Of a DNA stretch of 64,000 bases, positions 46,955-58,054 are shown piece after piece. The stretch covers positions 1 through 64,000 of the forward strand of contig JBIIPZ010000004.1 of assembly GCA_044342325.1 (NCBI GenBank), in the 5' to 3' direction. Both the position numbers and the translations under genes were made by a program. Position 1 is the stretch's first letter. Each line of letters opens with the position of its first letter. The notes beneath the pieces were generated by a model, which searched no databases, had not been told where the DNA came from, and was given only the letters and a program-made list of their open reading frames with translations. Source of the DNA: Terrimicrobiaceae bacterium (GTDB taxonomy: Bacteria; Verrucomicrobiota; Verrucomicrobiia; Chthoniobacterales; Terrimicrobiaceae).

Positions 46955-48335
46955 ACAAAAAATCGAACTCTTCGCACGCCGCCTCGATCGGGGCGTTCAG
47001 CAAGCCGTCCACAACAACAGTGCGGCCGGCACCGAGAAGCGTTACAGCGTCCTCGGCACAGACTACTCCGCTCCCGACGATCTCCGCCGCCTCGCCGGAC
47101 AGATCCGCCAGCATTCGATCGAGCACCTCGATACCTATCTCGAGCAGGCCGAGCAAAGCCTCAAACGCCAAGGCGCTCAGGTTCACTACGCTGTCACGGC
47201 CGAGGACGCCTGCCGCGCGGTATCGGATATTCTTCAGAAAGCCGGCGCCAAAAAGGTCGTGAAGTCGAAGAGTATGATCTCCGAGGAGATTCATCTGAAC
47301 GACCACCTCGGATCCGTCGGCATCGAGTCCGTCGAAACCGACCTCGGCGAATACATCATCCAGATCGATGGCGACCACCCCAGCCACATCGTCAAACCGA
47401 TCATCCACAAAAACCGCCGCGATATCGCGAAGAGCTTCGAGCGCGAGGGCCTAGGCGACTACAACGACGACCCGGAAACAATCACCCGCCGCGCCCGTGT
47501 TTTCATGCGGGACAAATACCTGCAAGCGGATGCTGGCATCACCGGCGCGAACTTCGTTTCCGCCGAGAGCGGTCGCCTCGTGTTGGTGACCAACGAAGGT
47601 AACTCCCGCTTCTGCCTCGCCGCTCCGAAGATTCACATCGCCCTCGTGGGAATCGAGAAAGTCATCCCCTCGGATGCCGAACTCGCCGTTCTTCTGAACC
47701 TTCTTGGCCGCTCCGCTACCGGCCAGCAGCTCACTGTTTACACCGAGTTCATCAACGGCCCCGCCCGCACGGACCGGCCCTCCGGCCCACAAGAAATGCA
47801 TGTCATTTTCGTGGACAACCAACGCTCGGAAATTCTCGCTTCCGACTGCCGCGAAATCCTGCGCTGCATCCGCTGCGGAGCCTGTTTGAATGTCTGTCCC
47901 GTTTATCGCCAAGCCTCCGGCCACGCCTACCGTAGTGTTTACCCTGGCCCTGTTGGCGCGGTTCTTTCACCTCTCCTCGCCGGCAAGAACTTCAAACAAC
48001 TCGCCGATCTTCCCAAAGCCTCCAGCCTCTGCGGCGCCTGCAATGAGGTGTGCCCGGTGGATATCCCGATTCCTGACCTGCTCCTCAAGCTCCGCAACCG
48101 TGGGCATGAGGAACACGCTCCTTCGCCCGGCACGCCGCCAATGGGCGCCTTTGCCAAGCTGGCCTCCAGCCCGATGCTCTGGCGCTTCGCCATGAAGAGC
48201 AACAAGGTCATGAACCTCGTGCCTCTGGAAAAACTTCCGCTTCCCTACCTGCAACCCTGGCTGAAAACCCGCACGCTCCCCGAGTGGCGCGGCGGTGAGT
48301 TCCGCTCTTGGATGAAAGACCGCCGCAAAAAATGA
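46947..48335 (+). CDS. lutB: Lactate utilisation protein B (Fe-S)
   Basis: KSKSM, ETDLGE, NEGN, CIRCGACLNVCP, SLCGAC.EVCP. Confidence 0.9.
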   Translation: MPEQKIELFARRLDRGVQQAVHNNSAAGTEKRYSVLGTDYSAPDDLRRLAGQIRQHSIEHLDTYLEQAEQSLKRQGAQVHYAVTAEDACRAVSDILQKAGAKKVVKSKSMISEEIHLNDHLGSVGIESVETDLGEYIIQIDGDHPSHIVKPIIHKNRRDIAKSFEREGLGDYNDDPETITRRARVFMRDKYLQADAGITGANFVSAESGRLVLVTNEGNSRFCLAAPKIHIALVGIEKVIPSDAELAVLLNLLGRSATGQQLTVYTEFINGPARTDRPSGPQEMHVIFVDNQRSEILASDCREILRCIRCGACLNVCPVYRQASGHAYRSVYPGPVGAVLSPLLAGKNFKQLADLPKASSLCGACNEVCPVDIPIPDLLLKLRNRGHEEHAPSPGTPPMGAFAKLASSPMLWRFAMKSNKVMNLVPLEKLPLPYLQPWLKTRTLPEWRGGEFRSWMKDRRKK

Positions 48336-48940
48336 GCACCGCCCGCGAACAAATCTTCTCCAGCCTCCGTGCCGCCCTCGCCCCATTGCCTGAACGCACA
48401 GCTCGCCCTGTTTTCTCAAAAGATGTCGCCGAGCCGCACTGGCTCGCCGCCGCGGCGGATTCCCTCGCCCTCTTCCAGAAACGGGCTGAGGCCACCGGCA
48501 CAAAATGTTTTACTGATCTGGAGTCCTGCGCCGCCTGGCTTCGCGGCCAAGGCGTCCGCACCGTTTACATTCCAGCCCCGCTGACTCGCCTCGCTGCGCT
48601 CTGTTCGGAATTCTGTGAAGTCACTTCCGAATACAACCGCGCCCGGGTCAATGAGATCGACGCCGCTTTCACGCCCGCCGCCGGAGCCATTGCAGAATCC
48701 GGCTCCATCATTCTAAGCGACGAATCCACCCCCGACCGCCTCGCAGCCCTTGCCCCATGGCATCACATCGCCTTGGTAAGCCGCGCCGAGATACACCGCA
48801 CCATCGCCGATGCTCTCGCGGCCATGCCGGACGATCCCAACCTCATCTGGGTGACGGGTCCCTCGAAGACAGCCGATGTCGAAGGCATCCTCATCCAAGG
48901 CGTCCACGGCCCCGGCGCCCAAGCGTGTTTGATTCTTTAA
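48332..48940 (+). CDS. lutC: Lactate utilisation protein C (LUD domain)
   Basis: AESGS, GPSKTADVE, GVHGP. Confidence 0.88.
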   Translation: MSTAREQIFSSLRAALAPLPERTARPVFSKDVAEPHWLAAAADSLALFQKRAEATGTKCFTDLESCAAWLRGQGVRTVYIPAPLTRLAALCSEFCEVTSEYNRARVNEIDAAFTPAAGAIAESGSIILSDESTPDRLAALAPWHHIALVSRAEIHRTIADALAAMPDDPNLIWVTGPSKTADVEGILIQGVHGPGAQACLIL

Positions 48941-50853
48941 AAATTCCGACCCGCCGAGTCAGTCAGGCTCTCTGTCTGGCGGCTTTTTCTGCTCTTTTTG
49001 CGATCCCTTCAGCCTGCGCGTTCGATCCCGCAGTGGCGCCCTCGGCGGAGGATCGCCGGAAAGTGCTCGAGCAGGGATTCGCTGCATCGCTCCAAGAGAT
49101 CGAGAGGGCTTTGACTCTTGCCTACAGCCCTGAAAAAAACGCCTCCTCCGCAAAGAATGCCGCTTTTGTCCAGTGGATGGACCTCTGGCGTTGGTGTGAT
49201 CTGCTTTCGAGGGATGTCGCATCTGAGGAACGCGGGCTTGTGCAGCGCCACTTCCTCCGCCGAAGCGGATCGGGTGAAATCATTCTCTGTCCACCGGGAG
49301 TCGTGCCGCCACCGGATGCCGCACCGCTGCGCTCGGACGAGGTCGCTTCATTGACTGCTGCGTCCAATGTGCGCCAGGCCGTTGCTGCGCAGCTTCTGCC
49401 TCCAGGTGCCCCCGCCACGGCCGGCCAGCTCGCCGATATTGCCGGGACACCGCTTGCCTCAGCAATCATGTCCGATCCCGATATCCTGCGGTCCTTCCTT
49501 TCCACATGGGACTCCCGGGATTTCGCTCCGCTCGTCTTAAAAAACCTCAGCTCCATTCACGAGGCGCATCCCTCCAAATGGCGCGAGTATGCCGACCTAG
49601 CCATCGCCATCGCCGTGGTGAACGACTCCGCGCTGCCCCCCCACTGGCCCCACCAGCAGGTCCGTCCCGACCTCGTGCCAAGGGATATTCCATCCCCCGC
49701 AGAGCAATTCCGCCGCTGGGTCGATGCCAACGAGCGTGGCCGCCTCCTCCTCGACCTGCGCCGCTTCACCGCCGACCAGCTCACCTTCGTGGTCGATGCC
49801 TTCCTTCCCCCCTCGGAGACCGCTTGGGCCCAACAAAACATTTCGCTGCATGTCGGAGTTTTCGCCCGAGCCTTCCGATCGATCCGCTATCGAGAAGACC
49901 GCATCAAACAAGGGCGCTTCTTTTGGACCCAGAGTCCCTACACCTTCGCCGCCATCCGAAAAAACGGCGGCATCTGCATCGACCAGGCGTATTTCGCTGC
50001 CTACACCGGCAAGGCACTCGGGCTCCCCACTGTTCTCTTCAATGGCCAAGGCAGCAACGGCGGCCACGCCTGGTTCGGCTACATGGGCGCTCCAAACAAA
50101 TGGGAACTCGATTGCGGCCGCGACCCCGTGCAGAACCTCGTCACCGGCATTGCCTTCGATCCCCGCACATGGGAACCGGTGAGCGACCACGAACTCCGCC
50201 AACTCGTCGCCCGCTTCCGCAGCACCCCGGCATTCCTTGCCTCGACGAACGACCTCGCCATGGCGCGCATCTTTTTGAAATCCGGCGACACTGCCCGCGC
50301 CGCCGCCGCGCTCGAAAATGCCACCCGCACCTGCCCGCAAAATCCCGAGGTCTGGCTGCGATGGACCGAGTTTCTGGAGACATCCGGCGCCCCCCTCGAG
50401 CGCCGCATTCGCATTCACGAGCAGGCCGCAAAAGCCCTCTCCCGCGACCCCGACTCCAAAGTCGTCCATCAAAAAGCCGTCGCCACCCTGCTGCGCCAGA
50501 GCGGAAATTCCGCCCAGGCCACAGCCGCCGAGCAGCGCATTCTCTCGCAAAACCTCGGCAAGCGAGCCGATCTGAGCTGCGAAGCCGCCGCCTCCCGCGT
50601 CCGCGAGGCCCTCGCCACCGAAGGCATCGACCAAGCCGCCACCGTCTTCCACGCCCAACTCCGCACCATCGGAAAAACAGGCGGTGGTAATTTCGTGAAG
50701 GAAGTCGGCCTCCCCTTCGTCAGCGCCCTCATCGAAAAAGGCCAAAAATCCCGAGCCCTGCGCACTGTGGACATCATGCGCCAACAATTCGCCCCCCAAA
50801 CCGGCAGCCCCCTCGATCTCGTCCTCAAAGAAATGACCCGCGAGTGCAAGTGA
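48925..50853 (+). CDS. Exported protein with a transglutaminase-like Cys-His-Asp core and TPR-like C-terminus (start uncertain)
   Basis: Signal-like N-terminus; GGICIDQA, GHAWFGY, WELD. Confidence 0.6.
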   Translation: MFDSLKIPTRRVSQALCLAAFSALFAIPSACAFDPAVAPSAEDRRKVLEQGFAASLQEIERALTLAYSPEKNASSAKNAAFVQWMDLWRWCDLLSRDVASEERGLVQRHFLRRSGSGEIILCPPGVVPPPDAAPLRSDEVASLTAASNVRQAVAAQLLPPGAPATAGQLADIAGTPLASAIMSDPDILRSFLSTWDSRDFAPLVLKNLSSIHEAHPSKWREYADLAIAIAVVNDSALPPHWPHQQVRPDLVPRDIPSPAEQFRRWVDANERGRLLLDLRRFTADQLTFVVDAFLPPSETAWAQQNISLHVGVFARAFRSIRYREDRIKQGRFFWTQSPYTFAAIRKNGGICIDQAYFAAYTGKALGLPTVLFNGQGSNGGHAWFGYMGAPNKWELDCGRDPVQNLVTGIAFDPRTWEPVSDHELRQLVARFRSTPAFLASTNDLAMARIFLKSGDTARAAAALENATRTCPQNPEVWLRWTEFLETSGAPLERRIRIHEQAAKALSRDPDSKVVHQKAVATLLRQSGNSAQATAAEQRILSQNLGKRADLSCEAAASRVREALATEGIDQAATVFHAQLRTIGKTGGGNFVKEVGLPFVSALIEKGQKSRALRTVDIMRQQFAPQTGSPLDLVLKEMTRECK

Positions 50854-50871
50854 GTTTTTACAGAAGAAGGG

Positions 50872-50975
50872 GGCACGGGCGTCCCGTCCGTGAAGCGTGC
50901 CTGCGGAAATGTCCTGCCGCAGCCGAGCAGAGCTTCTTCTTCTCCTGAAAACTGAACCTCTGAAAACTGAAAACT
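50872..50975. repeat. REP-like hairpin plus CTGAAAA heptamer tandem
   Basis: CACGGGCG-TCC-CGTCCGTG at 50874-50892; CTGAAAA x3 plus one variant at 50945-50975. Confidence 0.55.
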
Positions 50976-51039
50976 CATGCGGCTCCGCATGCGCGCGAAT
51001 TTTTTTCCCAACGCATGCTGCTTTGCTACGCTCCTCTCG

Positions 51040-51909
51040 ATGCCCAAGCCTTCCACTGTTTCCAACCCTGCTGAGTTACTGGCTTATTGTTTCGAGGCTT
51101 GGCCGGATCTGAAGAAGAAGCAGATTCGCACTTGGCTGAAATTTCAGGCGATCACGGTGAATGGGCGTCCGATCTCGCAGTTCAACCATCCGCTCGAGCC
51201 TGGAGATGTTGTCGCGGTGCGGAATGATCGCTATGCCGCGCCGCGATCCTTGGTCGGCTCGGGCATTCGCGTGTTTTTTGAGGATGCGGATATCATCGTC
51301 ATCGACAAGCCGCCGAACCTGCTCAGCATTGCCAGCGAGGCGGAACAGGAGCGGACGGCATACCATCAGCTCACCGACCATGTGCGCAGCGGCAACCCGA
51401 TGGCCCGTGCGAGAGTTTGGATCGTGCACCGTCTGGACAAGGAGACCTCGGGCCTCATGGTTTTTGCCAAGACTCCCGAGGCGAAGGAAATCCTGCAATC
51501 CCGCTGGGACGATGCTGAGAAACGCTACGAAGCCGTTGTGGAAGGCCGCCTGCGGCAGAGTTCGGGCATTTTTGAGTCCGACCTGGATGAGACAAATCCC
51601 TACAAAGTTTTCAGTGTCGCCCGCAGCGAACACACCCGCCATGCGGTGACCCATTTTCGTGTGTTGGCATCGATTCCAAACCGCTCACTGGTCGAGCTGA
51701 CCTTGGAAACCGGCCGCCGCCACCAGATTCGCGTGCAGCTTGCTGAAGCTGGCTGCCCGATCATCGGGGACAATAAATACGGAGCGAAGAGCAATCCCGC
51801 GAAGCGCCTAGGCCTGCACTCAAGCGCGCTACGGTTTCCGCATCCTGTGACTGGCAAGGACATGGTATTCACCTGTCCGCTGCCCAAGGACTTGGCTCGG
51901 CTGGTGTAG
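51040..51909 (+). CDS. RluA-family pseudouridine synthase
   Basis: DKP, HRLDKETSG, LETGRRHQIR, GDNKYG, LHS. Confidence 0.93.
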   Translation: MPKPSTVSNPAELLAYCFEAWPDLKKKQIRTWLKFQAITVNGRPISQFNHPLEPGDVVAVRNDRYAAPRSLVGSGIRVFFEDADIIVIDKPPNLLSIASEAEQERTAYHQLTDHVRSGNPMARARVWIVHRLDKETSGLMVFAKTPEAKEILQSRWDDAEKRYEAVVEGRLRQSSGIFESDLDETNPYKVFSVARSEHTRHAVTHFRVLASIPNRSLVELTLETGRRHQIRVQLAEAGCPIIGDNKYGAKSNPAKRLGLHSSALRFPHPVTGKDMVFTCPLPKDLARLV

Positions 51910-51936
51910 AGGGTTTTCTGCAGTGTGAATGATCAG

Positions 51937-54312
51937 CTATTCGCCGTCCCAGAGGAAATGTTCGAGGCGGAGTTGTTTGATGCGGTTTTTGGCTTCGAGG
52001 GAACGGGGACCATCGGTTGCGGCGAGGGTTTCGTAAACGCGGATGGCCTCGGGCCATTTTTGGGTGGACTCGAGGATGCGTGCGGCGGCGAAGCCAGCTT
52101 TGTAGAACCAGAAGAACTCAGTGGAGGCTTGCGCCGTGGGTTTGAAGACATCGTAGTAGGTGGCAACGGCGGTATTGAGGTCGCCGGTTTTTTCGAGGGC
52201 GGTGCCGATGCGGGTCAGAGCCTCGTTGCGCCAAGCGGGGTCGGTGGGGTGCTCTGCTGCGATTTGTTTCCAGACTTCGATGGCAGCGCGGTAGTTGGCA
52301 GGGTCGTTGTCGCCGAGGGAGTAAAGGTTTTTGCCTTTTTCGATAAGTGCGGTGGCTCTGGTGTCGGAAGGGGGATTTGAGGAGAGGATTTTGTCGAGGA
52401 CGAGATTTGCCTCGAGGGGCTTGCCTTGGGCGGCGATGAGGGAGGCTTGTTCGAGACGGGCTTGAGCTGCGAGGGCGCCGTTAGCGCTGGCGACTTCCTC
52501 GAAGAGTAAAATGGCCTCGTCAGGCGCGGTGGCGGAAGGTATGCGCGATACAGATTGGGCCGCTAGGAAGAGGGCGGGTTCGTCGTAGTCCGAGTCGGGG
52601 AATTTCCGGGCGAGGGTTTCGAGTTCGACACGGGCCGTAGCGAAGTCCCCCTGACGGTAGAGAAGTTCGCCGAGCTTCATTCTTACGGATGCTTCAGATT
52701 CGGTATTCTGGTAGGCGCCAAGAAAAGTGCGAGCCGTGGCGATGGCTTTTTCGGTGCTGGCGGGATTGCCATCATCGGTGAGGAAAACTTTGAGCGCAGC
52801 TTCCCGAGCGGGTTCCGCCTGAGTGGAAATGCGGCGGAGTTCGGCATCCGCCCCTGGGTAGTCGAGTTGCTGGTATTTCCACTCGGCGAGGGCGAGGCTT
52901 GCGCGGGATGCGATGCCTGGAGCGGGCGATCTTGCCAGGGCCTGGAGGGTGGACTCAGTGCGGGGATCGCCTTGGCGGGCGAGGTGGAAGGCCTCCTGCA
53001 TGCGGAAGGCTGGAATGCGGGGACTGGACGGGAAATTTTTTGCCAGTTCTGCAAGTGCAGTATTTGGTGTGATCCCGGCGAAAAGTTGGCAGAGGGCGGC
53101 ATTAAAAAGGGCGGACTCGGTGAGGTCGGAACTCGTGGCGGCGGAGGTGAAGGCGGTCGAAGCGGCAGCGTGGTCGCCTTTGCGCGAGAGGGCGAGCCCA
53201 CGCAGGAAATCCGTGTGGGGCGATGAGCCTGCAGGCGGGAGGAGCGAGAGAGCCTCGTCGTTCCGGTTTAAACGAATGCGGAGGGCGGCAAGTTCGAAAA
53301 GCGTTTCCTCTGCAAGAGGGTTCGACGCCGGATCGGATGCTAGGCGTTCCAGAAGGGCAAGGGCGTTTTCCGGCGTCTTCTGGCGGGCTTCGAAACGGGC
53401 GAGGTAGTAGGTGGCGAGCCTCTGGCGTAGGCTCGGCTCCGGATCGCTGGACCAGCGTTTGAGTTCGCTCGAGGACGGGCTTGTCGCGCCAGAGTAGATT
53501 TCATCGAGTGACGCAAAGACATCTTTCAGGCCTGGCATGGAGGGGTGGGCGGCGATGAATTCCTCGAGAAGCGTCTCGGCTTCGGCGTTTCTCGAGAGGC
53601 GCTGGAGGGCTGTGGCTTGGAGGGTGATGGCTGAGACGGCCATGTCTGCATTGACTGGGGCCATTGATGCCAGAAGGCTAAGAACAAGGTCGTCATTCTC
53701 CTCCTGTGCGGCGGCTTTTGCGAGGAGGATGGTTTTGCGGGAGTTTTGGGAGGTGCTCTCGCTTGGAACTCTCTCGAGGTAGGCGCGGGCGTCAGTCAGC
53801 TTTTTTTGATCAAGCTGGATTTCCGCTAAATCCAGAAGCGCGGAGGATTTGATTGTGCCAGTTGGCCAGTTGGCGGTAGGTGCCAATGCGGAAGCTGCCT
53901 CCTCGAGTTTCCCCAGATTTTTCAGCATCCGGGCGTTGCCGATGGCGGCCTCCTTTTGAAATTCAAAATCCGAAACGCGCGCCGCGCTGGCGTAGGCTTG
54001 GGCGGCATTGAGCCAATCTCCGTTGGCGGCGAGTGCTTGGCCGAGCCAGAAATCGCGGGCGGGACCAGAAGGAATCCCAGACGAAGTGATCAGGGCCACG
54101 GCGGCCTCTGATTGGCGGGCTTCGATCAAGGCGCGGGCATAGAGAAGGTTTGCCTGGGCATCCGCCGTAGGGCTTCCGATTGATGGAATTTGCTGCTCAA
54201 GTTTTACCAGTGCAACCTGCGGGAATCCGTTCTCGAGGGCTTCACGGGCTTCGTCGAGAGGTGAGGCGCAGGCGAGGATGGGAGTGAGAAGAAGCGGCCA
54301 GAGGCGTTTCAT
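51937..54312 (-). CDS. Exported tetratricopeptide-repeat protein
   Basis: Signal peptide MKRLWPLLL; many Ala/Leu-rich TPR helices (for example KLGELLYRQGDF); overlaps the uvrA stop. Confidence 0.8.
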   Translation of the reverse strand: MKRLWPLLLTPILACASPLDEAREALENGFPQVALVKLEQQIPSIGSPTADAQANLLYARALIEARQSEAAVALITSSGIPSGPARDFWLGQALAANGDWLNAAQAYASAARVSDFEFQKEAAIGNARMLKNLGKLEEAASALAPTANWPTGTIKSSALLDLAEIQLDQKKLTDARAYLERVPSESTSQNSRKTILLAKAAAQEENDDLVLSLLASMAPVNADMAVSAITLQATALQRLSRNAEAETLLEEFIAAHPSMPGLKDVFASLDEIYSGATSPSSSELKRWSSDPEPSLRQRLATYYLARFEARQKTPENALALLERLASDPASNPLAEETLFELAALRIRLNRNDEALSLLPPAGSSPHTDFLRGLALSRKGDHAAASTAFTSAATSSDLTESALFNAALCQLFAGITPNTALAELAKNFPSSPRIPAFRMQEAFHLARQGDPRTESTLQALARSPAPGIASRASLALAEWKYQQLDYPGADAELRRISTQAEPAREAALKVFLTDDGNPASTEKAIATARTFLGAYQNTESEASVRMKLGELLYRQGDFATARVELETLARKFPDSDYDEPALFLAAQSVSRIPSATAPDEAILLFEEVASANGALAAQARLEQASLIAAQGKPLEANLVLDKILSSNPPSDTRATALIEKGKNLYSLGDNDPANYRAAIEVWKQIAAEHPTDPAWRNEALTRIGTALEKTGDLNTAVATYYDVFKPTAQASTEFFWFYKAGFAAARILESTQKWPEAIRVYETLAATDGPRSLEAKNRIKQLRLEHFLWDGE

Positions 54313-57200
54313 GATTTGAGATATTTTGCGAGGTAGCGGGCGGTTTCGCTTTCTTTGACACGGGCGACTTGCTCGGGCGGGCCTTCCGCAACGATGCGGC
54401 CACCGCCGGAACCTCCATTGGGGCCGAGGTCGATGATCCAGTCCGCGCATTTGATGACTTCGAGGTTGTGTTCGATGACGATGAGTGTGTTCCTGGCGTT
54501 GCGAAGTTTCATAAGAACCTCGAGGAGTTTGTGAATGTCGGCAAAATGCAGGCCGGTCGTTGGCTCATCCAGAAGGTAGATCGTGCGACCAGTGGCACGC
54601 TTGGAGAGTTCGGCGGAAAGTTTGAGGCGCTGGGCCTCGCCACCGGAAAGCGTGGTGGCGGATTGGCCGAGGCGCAAATACCCGAGGCCCACATCTTGCA
54701 TGGTTTCCAGCTTCGCACACAGCGCGGGGACATGGCGGAAGAAGCGCGAGGCGTCATCCACTGTCATCTCCAGCACATCGGCGATATTTTTCCCCTTGTA
54801 GGTCACCTCCAGGGTCTCGCGGTTGTAGCGGCGACCGTGGCAGACTTCGCACTCCACATAGACATCGGCGAGAAAGTGCATTTCGATCCGGATGAATCCA
54901 TCGCCTTGGCAGTGTTCGCAGCGGCCTCCTTTGTTATTAAATGAGAAACGCCCCGAGTCGTAGCCGCGCACTCGGGATGCTGGGAGTTCGCTAAAGAGGT
55001 CGCGGATGGGACCGAGTGCGCCGGTGTAGGTTGCCGGGTTCGAGCGGGGCGTGCGTCCGACGGGGCTTTGGTCGATGACCACGACCTTGTCGAATTGCTC
55101 GATGCCGGTGATCGATCGGTGTGCTCCAGGCCTTGCTTTTGCGCGGTGGAGGTCCCGCTCGAGGGCAATGCGGAGGATGTCATTGACGAGGGTGGATTTT
55201 CCGCTGCCAGAGACGCCGGTGACGCAAGTGAGGCAGCCCACGGGGAATGCGGCATTGATATTTTTGAGATTGTTTTCCGTCGCGCCTTGAACGCGGAGCC
55301 AGCCATCGCCGATCTCACCTTCGGCTGCTCCGGTCTTGCGTGGAGCGGTGCGCAGTTTTGGGATGGGAATGCGCACTGTGCCTTTGAGGTATTGGGCGGT
55401 GAGGGATTGTTCGCTTTGGAGGATGTCGTCGAGGGTGCCTTGGGCAACGAGTTGACCTCCTCGTGGGCCTGCTCCAGGGCCGATGTCGAGGATGTGGTCG
55501 GCCGCGCGGATCGTGTCTTCGTCATGTTCCACCACGATGACGGAATTCCCGAGGTCGCGAAGGTTGCGGAGGGTTTGGATAAGGCGGTCATTGTCGCGCT
55601 GGTGGAGTCCGATGCTTGGCTCGTCGAGGACATAGAGGACGCCGGAAAGCCCGGATCCAATTTGCGTGGCGAGACGGATGCGCTGGGCCTCGCCGCCGGA
55701 AAGCGAGCCGCTCTCGCGGTTGAGTTGCAGGTAATCGAGGCCGACTTCGTTGAGAAAATGCAGCCTCTGCCGGACCTCGCGAAGAACATCCTTCACGATG
55801 CCCGCATCAGTCTCCGAGAGTTGGAGGTCAGCCATGACATCCGCCGCCTCGCGAATCGTGAGCCCGCAAACCGCTTGAATGCCGAACTCCGCGCCTGACT
55901 TTGTTGCCACGGTCACAGCGAGGATTTCCGGGCGGAGGCGGGCGCCCGCGCAGACGCGGCACACGCGCTTCCCCTGAAGCATCCGCAGGCGCTTGCGGGA
56001 GAACTCGCTTTTGGTGGTTTCGTAGAGATTTTCGAGCTGGGCGAGGACGCCCTCGAACGGCTTGGTCGAAGTGCGGTTGGCGCCAATCGCGATCGAGATG
56101 TTTCGTTTTGCCGAGCCGTGGAGGACTAGGTTGCGGAAATTTTCTGGCAAATCTCGCCACGCTTTTTCCACGGGAGCGGGCGTGTCGGCAAGGAGGCCAT
56201 TGAGGAGAGATGCGTAGTAGGCCTTCATGCGCTTGTTGGCTTGCTTCCAAGGCCGAACCGCTCCCTGTGCGATCGTCTTCTCGGCATCAATCACAAGATC
56301 GGGATCGAAAAAACTCTCTGTGCCGATGCCTTGGCATGCGGGGCAGGCGCCGAGGTGGCTGTTGAAGGAAAAATGCTTCGGCGTGAGTCGAGGCATGGTG
56401 AAGCCCGTCGATGGATTGCAAAAATCGGTGGAGAATTTTTCTTCGATCCACTGTGCCGCTCCAGGCTCTTGGCGGCTTGTGGAGAGGTGTCCACCGCCCA
56501 ATCGCAAGGAAGTCTCCACCGAGTCAGCGAGACGCTGGCCGAGGTCGGGACGCACGCTCAGGCGGTCCACTACGGCCTCGATAAAGTGAGCTTTTGCTTT
56601 ATCGAGACGGATGTTTTTTGTGTCCGCAAGTTCGATGACTTCGCCATCGACGCGAAGCCGGACAAAGCCCTCGCGGCGGGCTTTTTCAATGACATCGCGA
56701 AACTCGCCGGTCTGGCCAGTGACCAGTGGCGCGAGGACGAGAAACTTTGAGCCCTCGGGCCAGCGCAGGATGGCATCCGCGATTTCCTGCGGCGTCTGGC
56801 GGGCGACGCGCTGGCCGGTTTTCGGATCGTGGGGAATGCCGACTGCCGCGTAGAGAAGGCGGAGGTAGTCATAAATTTCGGTTGTCGTCGCGATGGTCGA
56901 GCGGGGATTGGCCGCCGAGATGCGCTGCTCAATCGCGATGGCCGGGGAGAGGCCTTCGATGTAGTCCACATCAGGCTTTTGCATCTGATCCAGAAACTGT
57001 CGCGCGTAGGCCGAGAGACTTTCGACATACTTGCGCTGCCCTTCCGCGAACAGGGTGTCGAAGGCAAGCGAGGATTTGCCCGAGCCGCTCATGCCGGTCA
57101 CCACCACGAGCTGGTGGCGTGGAATTTCGACATCAAGGTTCCGCAGGTTGTGCTGGCGGGCGCCTTTGATGCGAATCACGGAATGTTTCTCGTTGGCCAT
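54309..57200 (-). CDS. uvrA: Excinuclease ABC subunit A
   Basis: GARQHNL, two Gx[14 protein letters not shown] x2, zinc fingers. Confidence 0.97.
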   Translation of the reverse strand: MANEKHSVIRIKGARQHNLRNLDVEIPRHQLVVVTGMSGSGKSSLAFDTLFAEGQRKYVESLSAYARQFLDQMQKPDVDYIEGLSPAIAIEQRISAANPRSTIATTTEIYDYLRLLYAAVGIPHDPKTGQRVARQTPQEIADAILRWPEGSKFLVLAPLVTGQTGEFRDVIEKARREGFVRLRVDGEVIELADTKNIRLDKAKAHFIEAVVDRLSVRPDLGQRLADSVETSLRLGGGHLSTSRQEPGAAQWIEEKFSTDFCNPSTGFTMPRLTPKHFSFNSHLGACPACQGIGTESFFDPDLVIDAEKTIAQGAVRPWKQANKRMKAYYASLLNGLLADTPAPVEKAWRDLPENFRNLVLHGSAKRNISIAIGANRTSTKPFEGVLAQLENLYETTKSEFSRKRLRMLQGKRVCRVCAGARLRPEILAVTVATKSGAEFGIQAVCGLTIREAADVMADLQLSETDAGIVKDVLREVRQRLHFLNEVGLDYLQLNRESGSLSGGEAQRIRLATQIGSGLSGVLYVLDEPSIGLHQRDNDRLIQTLRNLRDLGNSVIVVEHDEDTIRAADHILDIGPGAGPRGGQLVAQGTLDDILQSEQSLTAQYLKGTVRIPIPKLRTAPRKTGAAEGEIGDGWLRVQGATENNLKNINAAFPVGCLTCVTGVSGSGKSTLVNDILRIALERDLHRAKARPGAHRSITGIEQFDKVVVIDQSPVGRTPRSNPATYTGALGPIRDLFSELPASRVRGYDSGRFSFNNKGGRCEHCQGDGFIRIEMHFLADVYVECEVCHGRRYNRETLEVTYKGKNIADVLEMTVDDASRFFRHVPALCAKLETMQDVGLGYLRLGQSATTLSGGEAQRLKLSAELSKRATGRTIYLLDEPTTGLHFADIHKLLEVLMKLRNARNTLIVIEHNLEVIKCADWIIDLGPNGGSGGGRIVAEGPPEQVARVKESETARYLAKYLKS

Positions 57201-57306
57201 AGGGCGTTCGGTAGTTTGGAACAGACTGCGCGTGAATCCAAACGCAAATCCCTCGCCTCTTTGAAAATGCCTTGCGAACCGGAGCGGGAGTCTTAGCTTT
57301 TCGGAC

Positions 57307-58050
57307 ATGTCCCCCGCATTGGCAGAATTCATTGGAACCACCTTGTTGATTGTCCTCGGAAACGGCGTTGTGGCCACCGTCGTTCTCAACAACAGCAAGG
57401 GTCAGGGCGGTGGATGGATCGTTATAACAGCTGGTTGGGCGATGGCCGTTTTTGTAGCTGTCTTTGCTGTTGGCCGGGTGAGCGGCGGACACTTGAATCC
57501 CGCTGTGTCCGTGGCCATGGCGCTTTCGAATCATTTCCCTTGGGAGAGTGTGCCCTCCTACATTCTGGCGCAGATGCTCGGTGCGATGACTGGTGCGGCT
57601 ATAGTATGGGTCGCATTTTTTCCGCACTGGAAAATCACGGATGACGCCGAGGCAAAGCGGGCGGCCTTTTGCACGGCCCCAGCGATTCGCTCCATTCCAT
57701 CGAATCTGGCTTGTGAGATTATCGGAACTTTCGTCCTGATCTTCGGTGTCTTTTGCATGAAGGGTGCGAGCGGCGAGCCGCCGGGTATCGGTGTTTTTCC
57801 GATCGATCTGGGAGCGCTTGGAGCTTTGCCTGTCGGGCTTCTGGTATGGTCCATCGGCCTCTCGTTGGGTGGGCCCACTGGATATGCCATCAATCCCGCG
57901 CGGGATCTCGGGCCTCGCCTCATGCATGCCATTTTGCCGATTTCCGGAAAAACGGGAAGCGATTGGTCGTATTCTTGGATTCCGGTGGCAGGCCCCTTGA
58001 TCGGAGCTGTTCTTGCAGTATTGCTTCACAAGGCGCTCGGGCCCTTTTGA
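57307..58050 (+). CDS. glpF: Glycerol uptake facilitator (aquaglyceroporin)
   Basis: HLNPAVS and INPARD; directly upstream of glpK. Confidence 0.93.
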   Translation: MSPALAEFIGTTLLIVLGNGVVATVVLNNSKGQGGGWIVITAGWAMAVFVAVFAVGRVSGGHLNPAVSVAMALSNHFPWESVPSYILAQMLGAMTGAAIVWVAFFPHWKITDDAEAKRAAFCTAPAIRSIPSNLACEIIGTFVLIFGVFCMKGASGEPPGIGVFPIDLGALGALPVGLLVWSIGLSLGGPTGYAINPARDLGPRLMHAILPISGKTGSDWSYSWIPVAGPLIGAVLAVLLHKALGPF

Positions 58051-58054
58051 TTTT

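Noticed and set aside
49597..50799. 400-aa - strand ORF
   Set aside because: Antisense shadow of the + strand gene, which has a signal peptide and catalytic-like motifs.
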